Below are positions 23,844 to 36,935 of a DNA stretch of 64,000 nt, in pieces. The translations under genes were made by a program, and so were the position numbers. The stretch comes from Macrostomum lignano (taxonomy: Eukaryota), in NCBI GenBank assembly GCA_002269645.1, contig NIVC01003943.1, forward strand, positions 1 through 64,000, in the 5' to 3' direction. The first letter of the stretch is position 1, and each line of letters begins with the position of its first letter. The notes below the pieces were generated by a model. The model was not told the DNA's origin, searched no databases, and saw nothing but the letters and a program-made list of their open reading frames with translations.

Positions 23844-24797
23844 TCAGTCGCATACGCGGGCCAGTCCTGCCAGCTGCTCAGCGCTCAGCTTCCCCTGAGC
23901 GATGCCGAAGCAGACGATGGTCCCCGACAGACAGTCATCGTCGCGGTAAGACGAGTAGCCCAGCCGGATCACCGAGTCCACGGCTTGTCCGCTGAATGTC
24001 GAGCTGACGAAGTCGTAAACCCGGCCATTCAGAAAAGCGAAGGCGCCTGTGACGTTGCTGGCGGCCACGCCCAGGAAGAAGCCGCTGGGATCGGCATCCG
24101 TCTGCATGAACTTCGAGGTCGAGATAAAACGCTTGCCCAGTTGAGTGTACCTGAAGATCAAGTCTTCGTTGGTCTCGTAAATATCGCACAAATTCTGATC
24201 CAGCTCAGAGGTGATCTTCATGTACACCGTCTTGGACTTGTAGGGCCGTCGCACCTTCATGAAGAAGCTCACTGCTCTCTCTCCTTTGCGATCGATGAGC
24301 GCCGTGAGACCTCCCGGGATGCTCAGCTTCAGGTATGACGTCATCCTCCCAGCAAAGTGCAGTCCGCTCGAGTCTCTCGTCACGTCGAAGGCCTCGGAGC
24401 TGATGCTTGCGCTGCCCACCGCCTTCTCGAGCGACTCCCTGAAGTCGAAGAAGGCGAGGAGCTGCAGCAGGACGGGGGCCAGCGTGAGGCTGCTGCACTG
24501 ACCGAGTCCTTCCGAGGTCGACCAAAGCGACAGCTGTGAGAAGTCGGCAGCCAGAGAGCAGACGGAGTCTTTGAAGTGAGCCGCCTTGCACTTCGGCAGC
24601 CGCAGCGTGCACACTCGGATGCACTGGAGCTGGGTGGGCAGCTGCAGGAGCTCCGCTGCTGTCGGGTCTGCAGTGGGAGGGCACAGCTGAGTCCACTGCC
24701 ACCGCCACCGACTGGCGCAAGCGGGGTTCGAACCCCCGACCTGCTGCAGGGACAGGACCAGCAGGTTAAAAATGAACAGCACCAGCATGGTTGCCAT
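23844..24797 (-). CDS. Intronless secreted protein with PAN/apple-like and LamG/concanavalin-like domains (317 aa)
   Basis: Signal peptide MATMLVLFIFNLLVLSLQQVGG; C..C......C..AHF....C pattern (CIRVCTLRLPKCKAAHFKDSVC); LLAFFDF..GLHFAG..SYLKL; C-terminal CLSGTI..FGI..LSAEQLAGL typical of LamG-like folds; strong GC3 codon bias. Confidence 0.65.
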   Translation of the reverse strand: MATMLVLFIFNLLVLSLQQVGGSNPACASRWRWQWTQLCPPTADPTAAELLQLPTQLQCIRVCTLRLPKCKAAHFKDSVCSLAADFSQLSLWSTSEGLGQCSSLTLAPVLLQLLAFFDFRESLEKAVGSASISSEAFDVTRDSSGLHFAGRMTSYLKLSIPGGLTALIDRKGERAVSFFMKVRRPYKSKTVYMKITSELDQNLCDIYETNEDLIFRYTQLGKRFISTSKFMQTDADPSGFFLGVAASNVTGAFAFLNGRVYDFVSSTFSGQAVDSVIRLGYSSYRDDDCLSGTIVCFGIAQGKLSAEQLAGLARVCD

Positions 24798-27281
24798 GTT
24801 ATCGTGAATTGAATCTGTCTGAACTCGGATTCGGAGAAGAAAAGTTGTTGAAGAGAATAGTTGCTATATGCTGTTTTTTAACTCTTTTCCAGGGTGTGAT
24901 AGAATTGTTGGTCTCTGATTGGCTGCTTCTCCGGTGGGTTAGTTAGTTCCTCATAACAGTCCTCATAACAGTCTCTTTATTCTACCGGTATACGCTATAC
25001 ATGTTTGAGCATAAAGCTGACTTGCTGCGAATCAATACTACATGTCTTCTCTAATACCTGGTGTAAGCTTTCTTCGTGTCAGTTAAATTTTGTATCTATA
25101 CACGTAGGTACTGCTTCTGTAGATAATTTTCATACTCATAATTTATTCACTTCCGTTGCACGAATGTATTCCGACAGTGGCACAGGCGATCGCTTTTTGG
25201 TGAAAGCCCGGAGGACCTAGCGGATTTTCACCTAAATACAGGCCACTCCAAAGAACTTAAAAAGTGTATTAAATTCGTGAATAAAGATGAGCGCGCTCGC
25301 ATGACCCATCTGCGATCTCGGCAACCACAAAGCTCTGAGCTTCAAAAAAGCCGTAGCAGAAGCAGAGCCACATATTCAAGCCTGCCTGAGGCTCAAATAA
25401 TGAAGTCAGCACCCAAGACGGAAAGTGGTTCAGTTCCGAAGGTGGCTTTCAAACACCCAAGGACTTCCAACTAAGAGAATTCAGTCAGACATCAACTGCA
25501 GAGACTACTACTCGGGATTCGCAACCAACCCGATGCCAGAAACAATCTGTCGCAAGTACGACGCAAAGTAGCTGCTTACATGTATATTTCTTATTTGAGT
25601 TTCACAACCAGATCTGTATTTCTTTCAAATAAAGAAGCCTAACGTAGATTTAGATAGGGAAAAAAGGAATATAACGGATGTTACAAAATGTTATCTACAT
25701 TTCTGGATAAAAGTTCCATGGATTTTAAATTGACGTGTGCAAATTGACGAACACCTAGCTGGTGGAGAATAAAAAGTTAATATCGGATATACTTTTTTCT
25801 AGAAGGTAAAATGACTTGTCTAAATTCAAGAAAGCTCTGCAAACTTTTTGCATGCTTATGGCAAATAGTGTGATTTCATTTCACAAAAGCGACACTTTTC
25901 AGGAACTTTTCAAATGTTTTCCAATGCAGAAAAGGCGAACTATCTTCTTGGTAGTAATAAAACAAGCACTGAAGCTGCTTTGAACTACCAAGAAAGTCGT
26001 TTTTTACCTTTAATATAGTCTCTAAATAGTTTTCAAGGTCCTTGTCATTTAGTGCAAGTATATATCGCTTTGCTAATTGAGGGTTCATCGGAAGTCAGAG
26101 TTTAAGGCAATGAAAAGTTCTCTGCCACCAACGCTGCGTATAAAACCGAAAAGTAATGCTTTCAAGCGAACGTGCTTTCATTTTAAAGGATTCTCATAAA
26201 ATTTTTCTCCCGAAAGGGGGCACTAGATTGCTAGTAATTGCTATATATGCTTCTTCAAACTCTGGAAGCTTTTAAGCGTTAAATAATTATAAAAGTTTTT
26301 TCTAACAATTAACTAGACATTAAGTTTTTTGGCTTTCACTTCATTTTACTTTGTTCTTAATAACTTTCAGAGAAAAATACAACCATGTGGGTTTTGAGGT
26401 CGGGGGCTTTGGCGGTTTGGACCTGGTGGGTTCCGTTTAATTCGTTTGTTTCAGCCGTTCAAATCGGTGCGGTTTCGACGATTCAAACAAACTTAAGCGA
26501 AGATCTCGGCTTGCAGATGACGGGGAGCTCCGGCTGCTGAGTTCCTCAGGCTCAGGGGGAGGGTAGCTGTGGTCGTGGCTGAGCGGTCTAGTTTTGTCGA
26601 CGATCAGAATGCCGAATGCAGAAATTCGTAGCCGATACGGGAAACTTTAAGATAAGCAAATTTGTCGAGATTGTTACTGATAATAGTAGTTCGCTGCCAC
26701 CACCGCGATTATACGCGGGAAAAGCTCTAAAGCTCAAAACTAGCTCGAGTTTTCTCTAGGACTTCTCTTGAGACCGCTAAGGGTCAAATAAAGCTTCCGA
26801 GGTCACGAAGGCTAAGACACCGTTTCAACACAAGATTAAATTGGCAGCTGGCGATTGGCTCCCCTATTGGCAATTGGCACTGAATAAATATTATTATTTT
26901 ACCAACACGAATTCGAGCCGCAATTATAAGCAAGTTCACTATTCTCAAATTGTAGCAACTTAAATTGATGGGTTGGACGAGGAGCTGGTCGGGTCGGGAT
27001 GCTGGGCTTACAGGGTCCTAACGGTCGGGGTAGGGTCCAAACGAGAGTCTAGCCGGGAGAGGAGGGGCGCAGACTCTTAAATACACTCTCATGAGCCACC
27101 GGGAGGAAAGGGGGTTACCCCAGGTGAGACAGGAGAGACACACAGCGGAAAAAGGGGGCGGTACACTGAGCGGTAACGACAAAACACCGGGTGGACCGCG
27201 GGAAAACAAACGAAAAACTGGAGGAGGTACAGGAGGTACCCAACCATACAAAGCCGAGGCTAATTAAATTATAATCGTATA

Positions 27282-28112
27282 ATGTCACAAAAAGGCAAAC
27301 GAAAGAACAACGTTGGGGAACAAGAAGCATCCCCAACAGGCATCTCCCTTCCACCGAACGCGAAATCAAGGCGAGAGACTGTTGATGGCAGCTGCCTAGC
27401 CTGCAACGACGAAGTGCACGAAGGCATTCAATGCGAAAGCTGTCACCGCTGGTGCCACCAGTCCTGCTCCGGCCTAGCAAAGCCAATTTTCACCGCCATC
27501 GCAAATGGCCCTAGCGATAATGGTCTCATATGGACTTGCCGAGATTGCAAGACCCATGCCCGCGCGCTACTTAACAGCGTGGAGCTGCTTAAAGACCTCA
27601 AAGTCAAGCTGACGGCCCTCGAAGAACGCATAGAAGAGCTAGAGTCGATTGAGAGCGGGAAGCAAACTGTCACCTACGACATCAGCTTTGATGAAATCGT
27701 GGAGGAAGTCAGGCAGCGCGGTATAAAGAAGAATAACATCATAGTTTTTGGACTCCAAGAAGACGCTAAGCTCGAGGACTTTATGCAGGATGGGCTCAAA
27801 GTGTCCCCCGCAACTGTCCCAATTGTCGCCACCAGGCGGATCGGTCGCGAACAACCTCTCAGCAATCGACCAAGGCCCCTCGTTGTTCGGCTGGTCAACG
27901 ATAGCGACAAAGCGGCCTTCTTCGGTAATCTGAGAAACCTGCGCGAAACTGGCTCTGCCTACTCCCGTATTCGGATCGAGAACGACTTAACAGAAAAGGA
28001 ACGGGCATTTAAGCAGAAGATTGTTAAAGAGCTTAAGACTCGTCAAGAAAATGGTGAGAAAAACATCCGAATTGGCTATAAGAGGGGAGTTCCCTTCATT
28101 AAAACCTACTGA
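27282..28112 (+). CDS. ORF1: LINE ORF1 protein: PHD finger, coiled coil and RRM-like domain
   Basis: CLAC..IQCESCHRWCHQSC..WTCRDC (PHD); LKVKLTALEERIEELE; NIIVFGLQE, RRIGR, RPRPLVVRL, IRIENDLT. Confidence 0.88.
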   Translation: MSQKGKRKNNVGEQEASPTGISLPPNAKSRRETVDGSCLACNDEVHEGIQCESCHRWCHQSCSGLAKPIFTAIANGPSDNGLIWTCRDCKTHARALLNSVELLKDLKVKLTALEERIEELESIESGKQTVTYDISFDEIVEEVRQRGIKKNNIIVFGLQEDAKLEDFMQDGLKVSPATVPIVATRRIGREQPLSNRPRPLVVRLVNDSDKAAFFGNLRNLRETGSAYSRIRIENDLTEKERAFKQKIVKELKTRQENGEKNIRIGYKRGVPFIKTY

Positions 28113-31100
28113 ACTTCCTCTGTAAACTGTGACTTAAATACCCCAACACTTAATGGTCAAAATAGTCAAAATATTATCCAGGCAAATGAAAAGCGGATAC
28201 AATACACTAGAGAGTACCTCATTTCTATTAGAAATAACAATGCTCAAAAGATCAAAAAAATTCCTTACAATATCAAATCAAAACTCCTTGAATTTAATAT
28301 TATCCAAAAAATTGATAAAGAAAAATTTACTATTAGCAGCTGGAATATCAATGGACTTTACACAATAAAAGACTCTGTGATGATTCCCAAACTTGAACTA
28401 CTGGAAACTGAATCAATTTTTAAGAATAATATTCTCTGCCTTCAAGAAACTTGGATAATAGACACAAAAAATGAAAACAAGCGACTCAAAATCAACAACC
28501 TGTCTGAAAACTACATGACATACCAAAAGCCTGCAAACAAAAAAGGCTGTAAATTCATTGGCAGAGCTTCTGGTGGATTATTAACAGCTTACAAAAAGTC
28601 ACTAGATACACAATACAATGTTACAGAATCATTCAAACATTATAAAAACTTCTTGACACTAAATTTTAAACACAAAAAGGATAAAAACAAAAGCTTTACC
28701 TTAATAAACTCCTATATACCCCCACTGTCTTCAAAATATTATGAAGAAGAAAATTGGGAACAGTTAACAATTCTCCTGGATGCTTACCACTCCGAAGAAA
28801 ACATCTTCCTTATTGGAGACTTCAATGCTCATATAAACAATACCTCATACATAGATTTAAATTCAATATATACCACCAGAGCAAAAAACATCTCACTTAC
28901 TAGACAAAGCCAAGACAAGAAAACCTGCAAAAATGGTAGACTACTTAACCAGATTACTGACTCATACAACCTGCATCTAATCAATGGTAGATCATTATCA
29001 GACACAAATGGTGAATTCACCTTTCTCTCAAAATCTGGTTCCTCTGTTATAGATCTCTGTTTCGTCTCTACCAGCTTACTCCAACACCTCGAAGACTTTA
29101 AAGTAAAGAACCACACCTACTTTAGCGACGACAACCAAATAGTGCTCTCCCTATCAAGTGAATTCACAGAGGAAATCACAGAAACTAAACAAGCAACCAA
29201 TAACTCGAAAACGAGATATAGAGTCCTAAAAAAGTCACATAAACCCAACCTGCAACAAGAAAAACATATCAATAACTTCGCAAATGACCTGAAAAACATG
29301 AATGACAAAATCACAAATCTAGACATACAAAACCCAGCTTTTATAAATGAATTAAGTAGAAAAGTTAGACAAATTCAAAACAACATCACAGTAGAGATAA
29401 AGAACCCACTATGCTCAACACTGCCTCGCTTCCTTAAAGATTTAAGAAACGCTGCTAGACATGCCTGCAGAAGATATAAAACCTTCCCTACTCCCAACAA
29501 CCTCTCAAGCAAAGTACAACTCAAAAAAGCATACGAAAAAAGCTCACTTCATGGAAATTTGAAACAACTCTCTGTGCAGACAACATGATCAACCAAGCCT
29601 TTATTCAAAACGATACAAAACAACTTTGGAACTTATTAAAAACACCAAATCCCTCAAACAACAGAGTAACAATTGATGAAAAATTTATCATACACTTTCA
29701 AAATCTTGTAACTGAACAAGACAGCAGCATTAGACTATCATACAATCTTCACCTTGACAACCCTATTCTGGCTGATTTAGAGGATTTCAATGCCCCATTC
29801 ACCAAAGAAGAAGTTATAAAACATATTAAAAAGCTCAAAACCGACAAAGCACCTGGGCACGATAAAGTATATGTAGAAACACTCAAATACCTCGAGAACG
29901 AACTTGCTGACCTCCTATGCTCACTTTTCAACGAAGCACTCAAACAAGGAACCTTCCCAACTAGTTGGATAACAAATACACTTCATCCGATTTATAAAAA
30001 CAAAGGCAGCAGTGCCGACCCCAACAATTACAGAGGAATCTGCATTCAACCAATTCTTGGCAAGCTCTTTTGCCAAATTATTAAATCCAGACTCGAAAAC
30101 CTAGCATACGCAAACAATCTTATATCAAAATACCAATACGGTTTCAAGCCCAATCACAGCACAATCGACCAATGTTTTAATCTTTACAACATTATAAACC
30201 AATCCATCTACAACAAAGAAGAACTCTTTATTGGATTTGTTGACTATGAAAAAGCCTTCGATAGCTTAAATCAACCAACCCTTTGGCACAAAACGGATAA
30301 CCAGGGTATTAAAGGTCAAATGACGGAACTTATCAAGAACATGCATAAAAATGCCTGCTTCATTCTAAAAAATGATGATGATGATGATGAAACCCAGCCA
30401 ATCCCAATATCTAAAGGTGTTCTTCAAGGCAACCCTCTCTCTACCATCCTTTTTGAACTATATATTGACGACATTGTTGAATATCTTGAACTCTCTAGCG
30501 CTAGGCGCTCTCTTACGAGATCTGCTTTCCCACTCATCCTACTCTTTGCAGACGATCAAGCCATTCTAGCTAAAAACAAAGACGAACTTCAAGACACATT
30601 TACGACTATGGAAAATTACTGCAAACAAAATTACTTGAAAGTAAACGCAAGCAAAACAAAGTTCATGCAGGGCAATACCAGACAAAAAAACGACACAGAA
30701 AGCATTGCTACAAAAATATACTACGACAACCAAGAAATAGAGGAAGTAAATGAATTTAAATACCTGGGAATTATATTTTTGAACCAAAAAACAGCTTTAA
30801 AAAATGTATTGAACACCAAACTAAGCAGGGATATACAGCCATGTTTTCCCTACTCCATAGGGTAAAGAATACGTCCCTAGACATCACACTCATTCGCAGA
30901 CTATTTGACGCGCTTGTTACCCCCGTTATCACTTACGGTTGTGAGCTCTGGGGCCCTCTGGCTACCATGTCTGATACAAAAGCTATTGATAATATTCAGC
31001 TGAAATTCTACAAATATCTCCTCAATCTACCAAAATTTGCTAGCAACAGTGTGGTATCATCAGAACTTGAGCTTACTCCAATCTCTCAACGAATCGCTAA

Positions 31101-31713
31101 AACCTACCTCATCTACTGGCTGAAGATTAGACACAAAAAACTCTGCCAAACGACTCTAGAAATTTTCTACTCAAACACCGGCCAAAAAAATCCATGGAAA
31201 ATGAATGTACTAAAGAAACTAGAAAGTATAGACCTAAAAGCACTAACTGAAGATAAACTTTCCCAAAGCTTTAATAACGAGAAATACCTAGTGAAAAAGC
31301 ACCTCAAGATACACAGAGAAAGAGAACTTAGCCAAAAGCTAGAGAATCAGCAACATATTAAACTCTACAAAAACGCCTATCTCTACAAAAAAATCTGCAG
31401 GCCCGACCTTTCAGATTTCTTTCCATGTACATTTAGAAACAAAAAATTCTTAACAACCCTCCTAAAACTGAAATGCGAGATTACACCCAACTTTTTTTCT
31501 CAAGAACCATGTAAAATGTGTGGAGCGCGAAATGGTTCTGACATTCTACACTACTTGACCGAATGTCCACAAACTGAAGAGATCAGGAAAAAATACTTCT
31601 GTCAATAACTCTTAAATAGCAATCAAATACACAAGATAGGATATGCTACAAATGAAAAAAGAGTCAGAAAAGAGCTCACTGGTGTAGCTAAAATATATGA
31701 AGTCATGAATAGC
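28113..31713 (+). CDS. ORF2: LINE ORF2: apurinic endonuclease + reverse transcriptase (two frameshifts, one late stop)
   Basis: SWNING, LCLQETW, GRASGG, IGDFNAH, NGRLL, SVID; RT motifs KAPGHD, NYRGI, QYGFKP, FVDYEKAFD, GVLQGNPLS, LFADD, FKYLG; YGCELWG; C-terminal CKMC..H.L..C. Frame breaks near 29540 and 30790, TAA at 31606. Confidence 0.92.
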
Positions 31714-34700
31714 TAAAACAGTTAAACAAACTGAATCAGATACATCAGCAGTGTAACAAATCCGCTTTTCAGTTGTTTATTCATTTACTGTCTTTTTTAA
31801 TTTCCTATATTTAAATCGTCGTTATTCGTTAAACGTAAAATTCTTTCGAAGTATTGTTTATGTTCGTTTTTCACGCTTTGAAATATCACGCGCTTTCAAA
31901 AATACTACATCTTTTTTTTTTACAAACTCGCTTACCAAAGTAATCTCGCAATTAAAGCTATACCTCGTAATTTGTACTCATTTTTGTATTAATATTTATA
32001 CTCGTTGTTAGTTGTTAGTCGTCACTTTTCGTCTAAAAATACCGTAAAAATTCTGGCGCGCTTTCAAATACTTTATCTTTTACAATAACTCAGCAAATCG
32101 TCGTCAAATCGTCTTTATAAACTTCTATATTCGAAAATTCCAAATACATAGCTCTATAATATATTGGCCAAACAGGCTAATTGCCTGAGCCAAATTCTCT
32201 TACTACTCTTACTACTACAGGCAGTGGGAAGGAAGGTTACATTAAGAGTTAAAATTTAGATGACGTCAGGATGGCGCAAATACCGAGTGAGTAATTTCGC
32301 ACAGTGAGATACATCGGGTGGGGCGGACAAGTGGTCTGCTCGCCTGCTCGCCTGGAGGGTTTTAAAGTCTACCCTCGCCTGCCACAGTTTTAAAATTAAA
32401 ATTTTGGTTTTGTCTGGATCGCGCGTGTTGTCATCATTTTAAATTGTAACACAAAAATAGGCCCTAGCACTTGTTAAATGCAATATATTTTTTGTGTAAA
32501 AATATGGAGTGTGTTTTTATTTATTTCAGAGCAGAGAATATTTTTTTATCTTGTATATTTATTTGTTTCAAAGCATAGAATTTTTTTCCACTTGTATAAA
32601 TTATATTTTCATTTTTTCTTTCATTTGATTTCATATACAAAGCCTAAGGCTTCAAATGAAATTATTTGTTCGTTTTATTTTCCTTTTTTGATACATTTTT
32701 GCTTGCTAGAGTTATTAGCTAGAAAAAATTGAAAAACAATTTTTTAGGTTGCTCCTCTTTCTATTAGGGCCTACTAATTAGTCATATCAGCAAATAAACT
32801 GTTTGCCCTAAGTTTAATAATTGAATTTATATTTTATTAAGCTTAATTGATTAATTGAAGCAATAGAGTCTTAATTATTCAACTGAGCTAATCTAATTCT
32901 ATTATTATTATTATATTATATCATCCATCAAAAAAGTTATACTAGGCTAGGGGCTAGTCTAAACTCTAAAGTAATAGTTAAAGAATATAGAAGTCAGTCC
33001 TAAAATTTCTTTTTAAATAGGCCTATTTAATATCATATTGCATTATATATCTTAGATTTTATAAATTTTAATTGTTAAGGCAGTTGTCATTTTTTTATTG
33101 TTTATAATTTGCTTGATTTGATCATTCTCAAAACCTTTTCCTTTTTTGTAGTTGATTTTTTTAAATGAGTAAAGACAGAGTTTATTTTTTAAGAAAAAAT
33201 GGTTAAAGTGCTTACAAGTGTTAGGGGCCTAGGAATATCATATTAAAAGCACAAAAAATTCTGGTTTTGCAAGTGAATTGGCATTTGTTTATTTATAAAA
33301 AACATCACACTTGTCTAAAAACTAGAGTTAAAATCAGTAAAAAATAATGGCAATGCTTAGGCCTATCCCCACAGTACTGTAAGAATAATTTCTGTCTTAT
33401 TTCAACAGTACTATGGGGATAATTTTCTGCTTATCCGCATGGCACACTGATAAGATAGCTGCCCTATCTTCTACATATACTATAGGAATAATTTGGTTTA
33501 TAGTTAATAACTTACAGTTTAAGTGCAGTATAACAACATAACTTTGCTTGGCCATTAGTTTTATAAAAGTAAATATTTAATGGCCTTTTTATGCAAAAAA
33601 CACTTTTTTGTATTTATGACATTTTATTTAAGGTAAATTGCTCTAGAATTGTTTATAATTTGAATTTTTAGCAAAGTCTAATCCCGAGATCCCCAAAAAG
33701 ATGACCAGATTTTTAGTTCCCCATTCAATTCAAGGAAACTAAATCAACAAAAAATCAAATGTATACTATAGCAAAGAAAATCTTTTTAAAATTAAATTAA
33801 CAGCATTTTTGCAGTATAACATCTGAGTAGACTTTACACCAAAAAGATCTTTTCAATTGAACATCTGTGAGCTTCATGGCACATTCTGAATGCTGAAATG
33901 GAGAGATTTCTTTGTGCTTTTTTATCTGTTGTGGAGACACATTGTTCACCATAGCAGCCAAAAACACCTGAGCTTGTTTGGCAATTCTGGCTAACTCAGC
34001 CTCTTTTTCTCGTCTGTTGAAAGCACAGAAAGAGGTGGGTTCAAACATTGTCAACATATTGAAAACTGAGATATAATGCTGACTGTGTCTGCTGACGTAT
34101 CAGTGGACCTGACATGCCACGGCACAGACACATGCTGCAAGCAGTGGTTCATCACACCAGTGGTCTGGTGCTCCACGTGGAGAGGAAAACCTTTCATATG
34201 AGGAGCCAGGCCCAAACCCATTGATCAATCCAAACTAAATGTATATGTATAGCTGTTCTACATGTTCTCTATACACTACATGTACTTTTTGCATTATAAA
34301 ACATAAAACAGACAAAATTAAGTCTGTTTAATTTTGCTTGAAGGCTAAGCTACTGATATATAGTATACCAATGGTAGACTATTTGAACTAAATAAATATA
34401 TAGTTCATATTCATACTATTTTCAGCTTATCTTAGCAATTCTAACTATTTTCAAATTTATACTAAGGCTTATTATAATCTTAATACTCATATATTATACA
34501 ATTATTGTGGTTTAAAAGCAATAAGAAATATAGACTAATTATTGAAAAATTAAAAGAATGTAAATAGTGCCTCACTCTAGTATATATTTGTTTAAATAGT
34601 TTAAGTAGCTTCTAGTTCTGAGTCATTTTATGGGATCATATGTATAGAAACATTTTTATTGTATATATTATTTTAAGTTTCAAATATCAATTATGTAAAT

Positions 34701-35743
34701 CATTCATTTTTTAAATTTTATAATGAAAAACTTTGCATTTGTATATAATAATAGAAGTATATAAATTTTCATTTTTGAAACAATGTCTGAAATTTTTAGA
34801 GATAGACCATAAAATTAATCAAAACTTGACTAAATGTTGTTAAACAGTTAAAAACTTAATCAATTGTTTAGCTATTAGCTTTTTACAGTCAAAAAGTTTT
34901 GACAAGTGTGTGGTTATAACATTGTGCATTGGCACTAAACACATTTTTAAGTGATTGTAACTTTCTTCTATATAATCCCATGGAAATAAAACCTAATGCT
35001 TTCAATAGAAAAGATCTTTGTTGTTTTTTTATCTTATAATTAATTTGTTTTTTAATAGCTATTAGTTTGTGTAAACTGATAATTTCTATTTTTGAAAGTG
35101 TTTATTTCTTGTGGAATGACCTTTATTTTCTTAATAATTCAGAAATTAAGTTGCTATTTATTTTTTATACATCTTTTTAGCATATCAGAATATAGATAGA
35201 TTTACACTATATGAATGTTTTAGAGTTTTTCTAGGGAACAAGTAGACACAATTGTTGTCATGCGAGAGTTCTGTTTAGCCTGGCTAAATGGGTGGAATCT
35301 GTTGGGTGTCAATCAGGACACTGGAGTTAAAGTGCAAATAAGCTAAACCCAAGAGCCACACCACCCTAGCAGCAGTCTGGAGTAGATGAATCTGCCTGTT
35401 AAAAGCGTTACCATGACAACAATTGCTAGTGATTGCAAATAACTCAATTGTGACTCTAGCGACCCTTGTGACTTTTTACTGACTCAAACGACAAATATGA
35501 CAGTGAGGTGACTGTTGAGAGCGCATCACGTGAATTGCAGAATCATAGAAGTCGCGAGAAAGTCGTCCAAAAGTCGTGTTAACTTCTACAGACTCAAGTA
35601 GACTAAATAAATGTGGGTCTATGAGTAAAGACCGGGTCCGATTTTATTATCAAACTTCCCTCTGGCAATTTTAAACAAAAACTTTTCCGTAGCAGTTCCG
35701 GTTTTAACAGTAGTCACCTATTGTCAAAACTGCAGCCTGCCAG

Positions 35744-36935
35744 TTCATGTGGCCAAAGCGACTCCGGCAATCCAGTTCGCAGCGGCCAAAAACAACAGCA
35801 ACACCTCATGCCCCACCGGCCAAGCTCAGTGTGAACTCGCGACTGAACCAGCTGCGTTACTATGGCAACCAGATGACTGCGCTTGATGCCCTGCGCAATG
35901 AGTTGCGTCAGTTTGCTGTTCGTCTGAAGGTGAGGCCTGAGGGCTTGCCGGATGCCAATGATATCTCAAGCATCCCAGATCCCCACTGCGCCAATATCCC
36001 AGATCCTCACTGCACCAATATCCCAGATCCCCACTTGCATCAATATCCCAGATCCTCACTGCACCAATATCCCAGATCCCCACTGCACCAATATCCCAGA
36101 TCCCCACTGCACCAATATCCCAGATCCCCACTGCACAAATATCCCAGATCCCCACTGCACCAATATCCCAGATCCCCACTTGCATCAATATCCCAGATCC
36201 TCACTGCACCAATATCCCAGATCCCCACTGCACCAATATCCCAGATCCCCACTGCACAAATATCCCAGATCTCCACTGCACCAATATCCCAGATCCCCAC
36301 TGCACCAATATCCCAGATCCCCACTGCACCAATATCCTAGATCCTCACTTGCACCAATATCCCAGATCCTCACTTGCATCAATATACCAGATCCCCATTG
36401 CACCATCCAGATCCCCAGGCCATTCCCAGTTCCCCACTGCGTCGCCCACAGCAACAGCTACTCCGCCCACCACCCGTCCCCAGGTGGAGGCCGTGTCCCT
36501 GTCCGACATGCAGCGAGCGGCTGGTCTGGACGGCTCGGTGGGCGATCTGGACGACAAGGACGCCGCCACGGTGGGGTTCAGCAGCGCTGGCAGCGGCATC
36601 AGCGGCGAGTACACCGCAGGCCGGGGCTCGGCGGCGGCGGCTGCCGCTGTGTCGGCCGGCACCCGCGCCAGCAGCAGCAGCTGCAGCGGCGCCTGCTGGG
36701 ACGATGCGCGCAGTTTTGCAACCACGGCGGCCGCGGCTTCCATTGCCGACACGACGACACGGACTCAAACTCGGGCTCAGTTGATGACGAGGAAGATGAG
36801 GAGGCTGACGAGTACAAGAACGCTGTTAATTATGTATCCAGCCTCATGGATGCGGAGTTTAATGGCAGCTACAAGTCGGACACGGGGGGTGACGAGTCGT
36901 CTGACTCTGAGATCTACTCCGTGCACCAGCTGTAG
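35744..36935 (+). CDS. Two probable terminal coding exons (35744-35929, 36484-36935) of an unidentified host gene
   Basis: Donor AAG|GTGAGG at 35929/30 and acceptor CCCCAG|GTG at 36483/84 join in phase 0 (..ELRQFAVRLK|VEAVSLSDMQRAAG..). Host-like codon use and an acidic C-terminus; a frame break is needed near 36750. Confidence 0.5.
35965..36415. repeat. 24/25-bp minisatellite (CTGCACCAATATCCCAGATCCCCA) filling the intron
   Basis: Tandem units read directly (NIPDPHCT periodicity in the ORF track). Confidence 0.93.

Larger units (their letters stand above)
27282..32219 (+). mobile_element. Non-LTR retrotransposon (LINE, APE-RT type, CR1/L2/RTE-X-like), near full length; 5' UTR boundary unresolved
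   Basis: ORF1 + ORF2, A-rich sense strand, 3' UTR ending in a stem-loop and CTTACTACT repeats at 32164-32218. No TSD found. Confidence 0.92.

Noticed and set aside
33797-34250. 86-aa minus ORF and a nearby GC-richer patch as possible exons
   Set aside because: No motif, and I could not phase them convincingly with neighbouring exons.
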